This document shows, in pieces, positions 12,811 through 26,100 of a stretch of 64,000 nt of DNA (positions are counted from its first letter, which is position 1; each line of letters begins with the position of its first letter). The stretch is from the NCBI RefSeq assembly GCF_009914755.1, contig NC_060937.1, one strand, 5' to 3'. The DNA is from the human T2T-CHM13v2.0 reference genome, Homo sapiens. The translations under genes were made by a program, and so were the position numbers. The notes under the pieces are model-generated. The model was not told where the DNA came from, did no database searches, and was given only the letters and a program-made list of their open reading frames with translations.

Positions 12811-15800
12811 CAAATTGTTATATCATATAGAATAAAAATGTTTCCCTTCCTTACTTCTAGCTAAAACTCTTACGTTCCTCCAAGCCCTGCTGAGATCCCA
12901 TTATATCCAGAAAGCCTATCCTGACTACTCTGTGTGTTTTCTGAATTCCTGAAATACTCATTTTATGTACCAGAGCTTAAAATGGCATCTTTTTATACAG
13001 TATTTCACTGATACTCCTCAAAAGATAAACTCAAAAAGATTGGGTACCCAAATCATGAGAAGCAAGACTTCAAACAGCACTTTGCCACTCCTAGACTGTC
13101 TACGGGCCTTCCTGTGCTCATACAATCTATGTATCAGCTTTTTGAAGAAGAAAGGCAAAATTTCAAAACATAAAATATAAAATAAATTTGACATGTGACT
13201 TCTGGAGATATCTATGACAAAAGAAGGGCACAGTAAGCCACTTCATAATTTTGATGGGCCTTAAACTGGAGAGAAGTTGTTCTATCCACTTTTGTTTCAC
13301 AGGATAGAAATAGGGACAACCGATAAAAATAACAAAGAAGATTTTAGCTTTATTTATAACTGAGGCCCCATAATAAAATATGCTTCCTTTAAAAATTGTG
13401 AATTTCATATGTCTGGATGCATTTGCATAGAGGCTGAATGAGACAGAAAGGAATTCTGAATTGGAATTCCTACTTTGCTTAAAAAGTTGGATTACATAAT
13501 ATAGGATGCTTTACTGTCTGTAATTCTATAATTTCAAATCTAAATTCTATGTCACAACATTTGAGAAAAAGACAACCTCTTTTCATTAGTTTAGTGCACT
13601 ATAGAACCTAGAACCCTGGTCTATATCAAAGGGAGATAAAAGATTTGCCTAAGAGGAGAATTGGAACAAACCCAGGATCCCTGGCAGGCAGTTTGTGTTT
13701 TATCTAAATGACTGCATTGCCTTTTCTTGTGTTGCTCATCTAGAAATGAAAGGTTATTAAAAAAATGACTCAGAAAAATCTTAATAGTTAAGGTTTGACT
13801 CTTCATGCAATAAATTAATCAAAATCAATGTTAGAATGAGCGGCTGTTTCATGCACTAATTTAGATTAGATTCACATAAGAAATCCACGGTGAGGCTGAA
13901 ATGGGGAAAACTTCTACCTAAAGATACCTACAGATGTTCATAGTCAAATTTCATTAAAAACATAGAACTGAAAGTTTATTAAAACAGGTATTGATGACTC
14001 TCACTCTTAATTCCACTCAAAATCAATAGCATTTTGATGATTTTAAAATTCTGTATATCCAATAATTGATATTGAACAATTTAACTTCTCATAATGTGAC
14101 TTTTTAAAATAAAATCCTCTAAGATTGCCTCCAGGTGTTTTTGATATCACTATGCAAGTCAGCGTTGACAAAATATCCAATTAAATAAAAAAACTAAAGC
14201 CCTAATGGTTGTATCCTGTTCTTTTCTCATGTTCAATATAGTAAAGATCAGGACTCAGGACAATTTAAAATTCAAAACACTCCCTGAGGTTTTTAGATAT
14301 AGGTCATTTCATTTAGATAAAAACACAAACTTGTAATAAGTGATATAAATCACCCTTTATCACAGAATTAGCTGTTTTAATAATCCAGAATAAGCAGTTC
14401 TTTTTGGCACTCTAATTCACCATGGTTCCTATACATGATCACCCCAAAGGGACCTAGAATGACTAGCCCTGCTGTTCACGCAGCATTGAGATGACCCTAG
14501 AGAATCAGAGTCACTGACATTTTGGAACTACAGCCAGTTCTCTCTTGCTGCCTTTTCCTCTACCCATACGCATTCTTCTTCATTTAAAAGCTTGTTTTTC
14601 TTCCTTTCTTTCTTTCTTTTTAAATACAAAAGCACTTTCGTTTTCAGGAATATAAGGCTGAGTTGTGGGGTGGCTTCTTGCTACGGTACATTTGAAAATA
14701 CTGCCAAACAGCAGCAAACACACACTCAGAAACATGCTTGAGAGCAAACAAGCCATCTATAAATACACTCCAGAAGCTTTTAAAACAATGTAAAAGTGGC
14801 ATCTGGCATGAGTAAAACGGCAGTTTAAACTCCTTGACTCGCCATCAAAATTTATGTTGAAAACTGTCTCAAACAACTGATTATTTAAAAAGATAAAGTC
14901 ACGCTGTGTTGGTTGATTTTTGTACCATAGAAACTGTAAAGGAGCTGTATGTAGTTAAAGGGTACCAATGAAAAGTGAAAAGTGAAAACTTTCCAGTCCC
15001 TTGTATAATATGCTTAGGATTATCCAAATTATTTCTGTATAAGAAAGATTAACATTATCTACTATTCCTAATAATAATGCATTTTGTTGATTTTATGATA
15101 CCATTATTTATACAACTTACTATGATTTCCTACCATTAAAAAGTTTTGTCAATTAAGTTTTAAGATGCAGTTGATGGCAAGATGCAGCACACTTTCAGAA
15201 ACACCAAAATGTATGTTGTGAATTGTTAAAATATATTATTAACAATATTTTCTAGTTTTAATTTTTTTACTGTTTAATAATTCTGCCATTTAGGGGATGG
15301 TGAAGGTCCTGGGGAGATGTCATAGTCAGTTCAAACTGGACATTTTGCCTCAAAGCCTAGCTTGGAAAAGGAATTCTAAACTCTAGCTATGTGTTTCCAA
15401 TTTATATTTTCTACATCTCTCTTCATTTTTACCCCATAGATCTCATTTTATAATAAGCATTTCTTTTCTTTTTTCTCCTTTTTAATATTCCTCACTTTGA
15501 TTCACATAAAAAAGGTTTTCTAAAATTACGAAGTAGAACATCTAGCCAAATGCCAGTACTTTACTAGAAACGGTAATTTCACGGTAAGAACATTGGTGGG
15601 CAGTGTTTATGAGATCCCAACAATTAGTGGTTTATAAATAGCAGAGTTCTGAGGAGAAGATGTCAACAAGAATGGACAAGGAGAATTTGAAAATACGTGC
15701 AGTCAATTTACAAGGAGTCAATTAAAAACAAAAAAGCACTTGCAGAAAAATAGAATTAGGAGAAATTGTAGTACATTTGCAAAGTGAAGAGAGGTGCTGG

Positions 15801-16028
15801 CATGTTTTTCTTTCAGATTTTTTCTCTCATATAATGCCTTCTTAAACAGTGGGAGAATTAGAGACCTGGTGGTGTTGACTGGGGGGATTCTTTGCTACCT
15901 TCATTTACAATAACATATCCTGTTCCTAGAAAGCAAGAAAGGGTCTCTCTGGTATCTCTGCTATGCTGCCTCCTCAACTACTACTACTTCCTCCCCATCC
16001 ATACTGAATATTCTTAAAATTTTCAGTA

Positions 16029-16392
16029 CAGCCATATGCTACATAGCAATGTTCCAGTCAAGGATAAACTGCATATCTGACAGTGGTTGCTATCTGACAA
16101 TGGTCTCATAAGATTAGAATACTGTATTTTTATTGTACCCTTTCTATGTTTAGATGGGTTTAGATACACAAGTACCTACCATTGCGTTATAATCGCCCAT
16201 AGAATTCAGTACAGTAACATGCTGTAGAAGTTTGCAGCCTAGGAGCAACAGGCTGTACCACGTAGCCTAGGTGTGTAGTAGGCTGTGCCATCTAGGGTTG
16301 TGTAAGTGCACTCTATGATGTTAACACAGCGACAAAATTGCCTAACAACACATTTCTCAGAACTTATCCTATTGTCAAGTGACGCATGACTG
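16029..16392 (+). mobile_element. Tigger3a/MER7A non-autonomous TcMar-Tigger DNA transposon
   Basis: Decayed TIRs CAGCCATATG...GCATGACTG flanked by TA/TG; internal CAGTACAGTAACATGCTG, GCCTAGGTGTGTAGTAGGCT and CACTCTATGATG match the consensus. Confidence 0.88.
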
Positions 16393-16661
16393 TGTAAGTG
16401 ATAAGGTGGGGAAGAATCAACCCTTCACTGCAGTGCCTGTTTCTCTTCATGTGTGCCTGTGTTCCACATGACATTATAGTCTAGACCTGCAGGTGGTCCT
16501 TTGAGTTTGTTGCATCATATAATGCTAAAGTAAGAAAATTTGGGAGAGTTTATACTTTGAGAATTCAATATGCTGTATTAAATTGTACTCACTGGAAATA
16601 TAGGCTAGCTAAACTCTATATAAATGGTGTAGTTCAGGCAGATATTATGGTCTAATCTCTT

Positions 16662-16880
16662 TGAAATGGAGACTGAAATTGCTGTCTGAATCAATCACTT
16701 GGATTTTAATTTTATATTTTACAAATGTAAATAATTTTATATTTTCCAAATTTTACAAATGTTAGTTAATAATAATAGTTATGTTATATATGAAATGGAG
16801 ACTCAAATTCCAGTCTGAATCAATCACTTGGACATTAATTTGATAGTTTACAAAGGTTAGTTTATAAGAATAGTAATAGT
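16662..16880. repeat. Diverged tandem duplication, period about 129 bp
   Basis: tgaaatggagact(g/c)aaatt..gtctgaatcaatcacttgga at 16662 and 16791. Confidence 0.85.
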
Positions 16881-17024
16881 AATAGACATCAAAATATCTG
16901 TGGCTCTAGTTTCTCTGTGTCTGCATTTTACACAACGTGTTTATGAATAAAAGTTTCTATAAAATGATTTATGAAAATTATCTACATTAGGTTTATCTCT
17001 TGTAGATAATTTTCATAAATCATT

Positions 17025-17141
17025 ATGTAAATGATGAGTTAATGGGTGCAGCACACAAACATGGCACATGTATACATATGTAGCAAACCTGCACATTGTG
17101 CACATGTACCCTAGAACTTAAAGTATAATAATAAAACAAAA
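17025..17141 (+). mobile_element. L1PA 3' terminus (heavily 5'-truncated LINE-1)
   Basis: ATGTAAATGATGAGTTAATGGGTGCAGCAC...CATGTACCCTAGAACTTAAAGTATAATAA followed by an A tail; TSD GAAAATTATCTA at 16973 and 17142. Confidence 0.93.
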
Positions 17142-18443
17142 GAAAATTATCTATATTTATTTATCCTGCAGTGTTGCTGTGTAGCAATGTGAGAAGCTGG
17201 GACTTCTAATCTAATCATTATGTTCGGTAAATATTTTGTCATTCCTGTGAAGAGCCAGGGCTTGATACGGGTGAGCCAAGTCATATTCAGGTAGTAATAT
17301 AAGGAAGATAACTGGGTGGTAAACTATTTAAATCATATCGTTTGTATGAAACCTCAAACTGTAAGCTCAACGGAATGTACCAGAGTATCTGTCACTATTT
17401 CCTCAGCCTGCTTTGTCAAGTGCAATTTCGTAGGTAAAAACTTTGGGGTGATCCTCGTGCCTCCATCATAAAGATGAAAATATAGCATGAATTATCTTTG
17501 GTGATAAAGAACACTTACCAAAATAGAGATGACTCAACTTCTACACACAGCAGAGCTGTGTTGTAATGGAAATTGGCTTTCAGCTTCTGAGACATGTAAT
17601 TTTATAATACATTTTAGAACATTTAACCTCTCCACATTTTTTTCAGCTCTGTCTGCAATAGTGAGAGGTAGTGCTATTGTTACAGAGTCTGCTAAAGCTA
17701 CTAATGTCCTATTTATATACAGAAATAAAAGGAAATTCTTCCTTCTCTGGTGGTCTCTTTCAGCTACTAAAAAAGTTGCTTGGCCTAAAAATGTCATCAG
17801 CCACAGGGATTATTTGATTTGCTTTGTCCATAATTGATTACTTGGCTTTTACCAAAAAAAGCACATCTCAAAAATGTCCAAAAAAGGAGAGGAAATATGT
17901 TCAATTCTACGTAAAAAATTTCTAAAAAGTTTTGAAGCTGAAAGGAATGCCCATAAACAATCTGATTCCAGTCTTATTTTCAGTAGTCATGCATAAATCA
18001 TGTTCTATGACACAGAGAGAAAGAGATTTTTTACCTAAAGTGGTATTTATAAGAATTTTTAGCAGACTGGGAAGAAGTCCACTTTAGCTAAATTAAAAAA
18101 AAATTCACCGACTTCTATATATTATGAAGTGGTTTTGAATTCTATCTTTACTATTTATTTGAAATTTTCTGAGCAAAGTACTCTGTCTCATTGATCCTCA
18201 ATGTCCTCCTATACAAAATGGCAAAAAGAACACATCCCCATTTCATTGAAGTGTTGTGAGAACCAAACAGGCTGAAATATCTGGCCTGTTTAGAATATTA
18301 TCTAGCACACCATAAGCACACAATACAGGGTGCCCATTATTCATGTGACTTATGTAAATTGCAGGAAATATTAAAAATATTATTATAACGGGTTTTGTTT
18401 GTTCATGCTTTATTTACAGTTTGTGCCACCTGTTGATCTGAAC

Positions 18444-18802
18444 TGAAGCAGGAAGGAAAATAGGGTCTGGAGGCAGGGAACATAAGGCCCATTCACACTT
18501 CAGCTATGACAGGAAATATCTGCTCCAGAGGGCATAGGCCAAGTGAACGACTTTGTGACTTTACTTCATCCTCTCCATTTACATAGGGCGTACCCCGAGT
18601 CACCAATGGAATCCTCTAGGGGGTATTTAAACTCCCAAAAATTCTGTAATGGGGCCTTTTGAGCTCCTATGCTCAGGCCTGCGCCCGCATTGTGGAGGGT
18701 ATTTTCATTTTTAGTAAATCCCTTTGTCCTTGCTTTGTTTGTGCATTTTGTCCAATTCTTTGTTCAAGACACCAAGAACCTGGATACCCTCCACTGTTAA
18801 CA
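18444..18802 (+). mobile_element. ERV1 solo LTR, MER61 family
   Basis: TG...CA termini and perfect 4-bp TSD GAAC; GGAAAATAGGGTCTGGAGGCAGGGAACATAAGGCC matches MER61; CCAAT at about 18603 and TATTTAAA at about 18624. Confidence 0.85.
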
Positions 18803-20536
18803 GAACTACTGAACTTATTGCTAATATGTTAATATATTATTGAAAATAGCCTATACATATGAGAGTAAGTAAATACTTTGATCAAGCCACACAAAATTAT
18901 CCGAGGAAACAAAGTGGAACAGTTATGGTTTAAGGTAAAATAATGTAAAACAATATCAACAGTATGTATGTCTATGTGATTGAGAAAATGAATCTTGTAT
19001 AGTAAGGATCCAGAGCAGTAAGATAATACCTGTATCAGGAAGGAAATGCCACTCCGTTCAATTCTCAAGGGCAAAACTCTAGTCAATCCTATCACATGTG
19101 CACCTTCTTCTGCCCTGACATCTGCCATGTCTTATTTTGCATAAGCCATGGTGAATTCTGTCAAATCACCCAAGTAATAACATAACCATCTGAAACATTA
19201 ACTGAAGACTTTCTTCTGACATCGGCTGTCACACTATGTGTGAATCAAATTTGCTTCATTAAAATAATTTGGGTTTTGTTCTGACTGCTCAACATTGCCA
19301 TTTGAATCTGTGAGCAGCCTTATTGACTCTTAACCGCTATTACCAAGTCTTAATCGCTCAGAGATTCAGCACAGTTGGATATTGCAATCAGAGCAAATTC
19401 CCCATTTGATTCCAGCACAGAAGTTACCAATGAAACTAACAGAGTGATAATACAAAATTATCCGACTTCATCTCTTTTTCTCTCAATTCTCTGTGACTAA
19501 AATGAAATCATTTAGGAACTTACTTGTAATCTGCTATTTCTTGAGTTTGCAGTGGCTACTGAAATGCACTATTGTAAGATTTCGAACATATCTCAAATAT
19601 ACTACTATTATACTAAATATACTACTTTAAAATTAGAAGTGTCCTGATAATCAGCAGTTTTGCTTTTCAAAGTGCACGACTTGTACATCTGGTTACCCAA
19701 TCCAGTTGAGAGGCAATCATAATAGGTTCAGGTTTCACCATAGCACGACATCTGCTCTGCAGTACCCAATCTGACTCTGCATATGAACCCTTGAAATAAA
19801 GTCATTATGTTTTCATTAAGTCCAAAGCAGTTCACATCAGCTGACATTTGGTCACAAATGATAAACAGTTAATAATTAAGCCAACTGAAATATTTTCAAG
19901 TACGCTTTTTTTGGTGCTTGCAATTATTTTTGTGACAGGATAGAATAGTTTTCTTTCTCTGAAATACAACTTCATAGGATAATTCCATCAGCTGCATTCC
20001 CTTCTGCTACTGAAAATGTGATTTTTTGATCACCCCCCCCCCCCGCCCATTGTGTTATTTTTTAAAACAACACTATTCTTGGAGTTTAAGGAAGGGTTAA
20101 ATCAGAAAAGAGCATGCTTGCTAGCATCAGCGGCTACTTATTTATGACAAGAACACTTTTAGTCAATTATTGTCTGAAATACTAAATGTACCTCCTGGGG
20201 TCCAGCATTTAGTCATACAAAGTGTCTGGCTCACATTGCCAGAACTGACCATTAATTATGATGGCTACAGGTAACAATCCATGCATAGCTTAGCTTTTTC
20301 TGGAAATTTTACAGCACAGAACCTGTTAGAGCTAAGGTAAGATAAGTTTGCCAGTGGAAAAATTAAGAGAAAAATATTGCAATATTTGAAAGACCCTTTA
20401 AAGTAACTAATTCAAGTGCTTTGATTTAGAAATCAGAAAACCCAAGAGAATGATAATGACAAGTACATACAAATGGTATTTAGCTGCTTCAAGTCTAGAA
20501 ACCAGTCCTCTTTTTAGAGGTATGGAGCAGGTCAGG

Positions 20537-20692
20537 TGTTTTCAAACCTCAGGGCCCTTAATAATTACCTTCAGTGCTTTATAGAAAGTAATAATTCTAG
20601 GTGTCCACCCACAAAGATCCTGATTTAATTGATCTGGGATGGAACCTATACCTGGTATTTCTTTAAAAACCCCAGCTAATTCCAATGTGCCT
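20537..20692. mobile_element. MER5-like hAT-Charlie fragment
   Basis: ccacccacaaagatcctgatttaattgatctgggatggaacc...aaaaacccagctaattccaatgtgc. Confidence 0.55.
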
Positions 20693-21169
20693 CCTCCACT
20701 CTACTGATCTCTTTATTTGTACCTTCAGGAGAAATGCTTCTCTTTTTTTAGGATAAGAAACAGTTTGTTCTTATTTTGATAAAGGCATGCCCTGGCCACT
20801 ATGAGCCATGTGCAGCACATTTCTCTCATCATCTTGGCTGTTAGAAAGTTTAAAGTCAATTATAAAGTGAACACTGTGTGTCTGCACAGTACTTCAGTGA
20901 ATATATTCTTTCCTCGGTCAGTTTTATGATCCTAATTTTTCTTTCTTTTGCTTTTTCCCCCTCATTTTTTTCTGTAATATTTACTCTCTTGCTATTGTAT
21001 GTATTATTGGAAGCTATCTTTTCAGCACAACTTGGGCCATCAAAAGAGATAAGGAACTAGACGCCTAAAAATGTAGAAAAGAAAATAAAAATATGTGATT
21101 AATGACAATTAGCATCCTAAAGAGTTTAGAATGGCTTTATCATTTTGTTTGGAATTCCAAAAAGCCTTA

Positions 21170-21773
<604 letters not shown>

Positions 21774-22718
21774 GAAGTTGGGAAACAGAGTGATGTATCA
21801 GTATTGTATTATACAGGGTAACCATAATCCTGAGTCTCAAGAGATTGCACCTCCTTTATCATTCCTGATTTTCAGGCAACATGATATGGCATCCATTCTG
21901 CATCAATAACTCTTTACAAAGTGTCTGTATTTTCATCGTCGGTAAGAGTCGCTTCTACACCATTTATAAATATGGAATTTGAAATTTTATATAAAATTAT
22001 ATATGACTACCTAAATACATATTGGGTTAGAAAATACTGTGGTGGTGTTGGTGACTGCTATTTTATGTTACCATCAAAAGAAAAAAATAATTTTCCTGAT
22101 ATGAGAACCTGAGGAAACATGGAAATATCAGAATATGCTCATTTAGATTAAGAATGTGGAAAAACCCTTTTCATCCCATTGTTCTGCTACCGTAAGTTTT
22201 TAAAAAATCAAACAGAATTAAAATTTTGTACGGTTTAGTAAATTTATAAATTTTAATAGACTTTTATCTGGCTTCATGTATCACCATTAATTGCCTTAGT
22301 GAAGATCTTACATTGATTCAGTATGGAAATAAAATTGTTCTACATAAAATACCTATGACAAAGGGCTCAAACTGACTCTATATAAAAAACAGGTATTTTA
22401 CCAATTAGGACTTATAATTTATTTTGATTTTGTGGTTTTAAAATCAGCAATAGTTTTAATGGTTCATACCTGATGTTTGAATTTTAAATGAAAATAAAGG
22501 TGACAGCTTAGTTCACTACTCTCCTCCTGGTAATTAAAAGTGTTTGGCATGTAGTATGTGCTCAATAGAATGTGAGAGAATGAGCAAAGACAACCTTTGA
22601 GAGTGTATAGTGGTATTAAAAAAGAGTAAAATTAAAATACTGAAAGAATAAATGAATTCAAATAAATGCCAGGAAAATTATGGTTGGATTTCTGAAATAG
22701 AAACCTTTGCAAAACTTA

Positions 22719-23125
<407 letters not shown>

Positions 23126-26100
23126 TTACACTTCTTTCTCCTAATGTATATTAACTATATCTAAATAAGATTGTTTCATCAAATACATTATTAGCATCTT
23201 GGACAACAATAGAACCTGGTGATTATTGTTTTAATAACTCATTTTTACAAAATTGTACTCTTCACACTTCCTTATAAATGCCCCAAACTGAGCTTCACAA
23301 CAATCCTATGAGTTGGAGGATTTAATATTAAGGAACTAATAATTCATAAACCTTGTAGTTAAGTTTGGTGTGCTCCAGGTTTGGGGCTTTTGTATACTAT
23401 TCCCTCTGCTAGTTATTGGAAAAATGGTTCTGGTCACAATGACTTCAAAATGCAGATGAGCATAAGATCACATGGATCAAGTACCAGGTCATTCATTTCT
23501 CCCCTTGTTCACTTTTACTCAGAAGCTGAATAGTAATATTCACCCATTTCAGACAATTTCCTTCAAAGCGGTCTAGCCAAAATAATAATAATAATAATAA
23601 AATACAACTCCATAGTATTTATATTGAAAAAAGTAGGAGAGCTTTCTAAGATGTTTCTTCTCTGTTGGGCTTACAGCTATAGGAAAGTCACAAAAATCTA
23701 GAAAGAAAGGAAGGGAACACTGCTGGCCAAACAATAGACCAGACCCTGAGGAAGAAAAGCAGAAGGGAGAGAAAGTCTGCATACATATAGCCTCCTCATG
23801 ACAGAGGATTCCATTTGAAACTCTATGTTAAATTCAGTCTCATTTAAAGTGTTCGCAGTAGTTACATTCTTTAGGAAGACGATGAAAGGGAAACTGAAGA
23901 GTGCATCCCTACAGATAATAAGGTGAGTCATAAGCATTATGCATCTGTACGTTTTGGGAGAATAAACATTGCCAGGAAGCACACTTTCCATCTCCTCCCT
24001 TGACAAATCAGGTCCAATATCTCCCTAAAGGGCAAAACTATCTCAAAGAAATTCCCTTTAGTCCAAGGAAGGCAAAAAGGTATATTTGGAGAGCTTTCTA
24101 ATATCAAAATGTGTGAAGAGGAAATGCAAATAGGACTATCTTTAGAACTCTAGAACAGCAATTCCCTTTCCTGGTGTTGCCACATAATCTCCAAAAGAGG
24201 ATTTTAATTTGCTTTAATGATGGCGGGCTTATTTGCCAGGGAATAATTTAAGGAAGGAAAGGTTTTAAAATGAAAGAGGAAGAAGGTGCTACAACTTTGT
24301 AAAATTTGTAATAACTGTCTCCTAGGAACAATACTCTTCCATCTTTGCTTTTCATCCTAATTAATAGTGATCATGTAAGAAGAGGCTTGCTGTACAAAAT
24401 ATCCTGTCGTTGGAACTGTTACTAAACAACATAAAGTCCAGTGTCTATTAATTCTGAACCATCTCAATTAGTGAAAATCTCATATATTTTATAAAATATT
24501 CACACTGAGAAATAGCTATCGTTCTGGGAACAAGTACATGAATTAAATGTGTAAAACATTAGATACTTGCTAACTACCAAACTGATATTGAAAGAGTAAA
24601 AATGTCAAGGATCCTAAATCCCTGTATGAAGGATATTTTTTCATTCACTACTAAAGAATGTTAATAGAGTGTGCAAAGAATACCTTTGTATATCAGATCC
24701 AATGTTCTTAATAATTTATTCCACTTAACGTTTTAAAGCTATGGATGAAAGGTGAGTATGGTATACATTAAGGAGAAAAGCAGGCAAAGAGGACATACAA
24801 ATGTTCTGTAACTCACTAAGTACTTTCTTCATACAAAAAGCAAGATGAATTGGGAAATGCTGTCTCTGCAGTCACATTCTTTTGAATTAAAAACCTCTCA
24901 TGTTTGTCAGTGATTTAAATCCCACCTGTCACTTTAACCCCCTTAATTCCTACAATAATTTCCTGTATACATTAAACCACTCAAATTGTTCTATTTTACA
25001 AGTACCTCTGTGGACTGCGTGGGAAGGTGAGGATGTTCACAGATTTTCAGATTCCCTGTCATCATTAGTATTTGACATAGAATAACAGGGGAATGAAAGT
25101 CCTTTCTTTTTCTTCCTAACTGGTTTTAAAGGGAAAAAATCTATTACACACCATAATACAATGCGATGATGACAGTTTAAAACATCGATCTCAACACATT
25201 TTTCATGATAAGAGTCCGAAGCTGTCTTTGTATGACTGTCTAAATATTAGTATCAAAGAGGAAGTTTTCAAGAACTAATGATTTAGTCTGAACAAGATGC
25301 TTGTAAATGAAGTGTCTCTCTATTAAGATGCTTAGGTTTCTTTCAAGTGTTCTGAATTAATTATTTTACCTTGTCAAATTTTTTTTGTTCTTTCTTTCTC
25401 ATACATGATGGGAATGTTGAGGGATTTTGTGCACCTCATTTAGTACCACAGAAGCTCAAGAGTCTTAATTAAGACAAAGTATGATTTCTTAATAACAAGA
25501 AGAGACTATTCATGCTTAATAGGAAAAAAATCTTACCTTATTAAATTATCATAATCCACATTATAGTTTATTCCATAGGTCTTATAGTATAAAATGGTAG
25601 ACTATACAAAAAAAACCCATCTTTTGAAGTTTCAGCCATATATTCATATGTATGGCTTCAAATCCAGAAATAAGTAACAGAAATCTCTTATGGATAAAGA
25701 CTAAGAGAGGCATTAATGCAAACCATCCATCTCAAAAGGCAAATTACTCCTAGATGGTTACTGTACTATTTTTTATAGGATATAAAATATACTAGTATAA
25801 TGAATGAAAAGTCTTCCTAAAGTGTTTAGAAAGTCACTTCAATGACTTTCTTCAAACTTCAAAAGAGATGATATATCTGTCAATAAAATGACACCAAAAT
25901 CATATTTTATAAAGATTTTATATTAACACTTGCTTTTGAAAGATGACATTATAGGGTCTTAATATCTATAATCAGAAAGTCCTTTTCTCAACTTGCAAGG
26001 CAATAAGTTTAAGAATTAATTCTGTCTGCTATAAAGCTGGCTTGCCTTTAATCTTCAGATTTAATAGGACTCTTTTTGCTGAATGTTTTAGGCAGGTAAT

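Noticed and set aside
18444-18802. p53 response element reported in some MER61 subfamilies
   Set aside because: No paired RRRCWWGYYY half-sites are visible in this copy.
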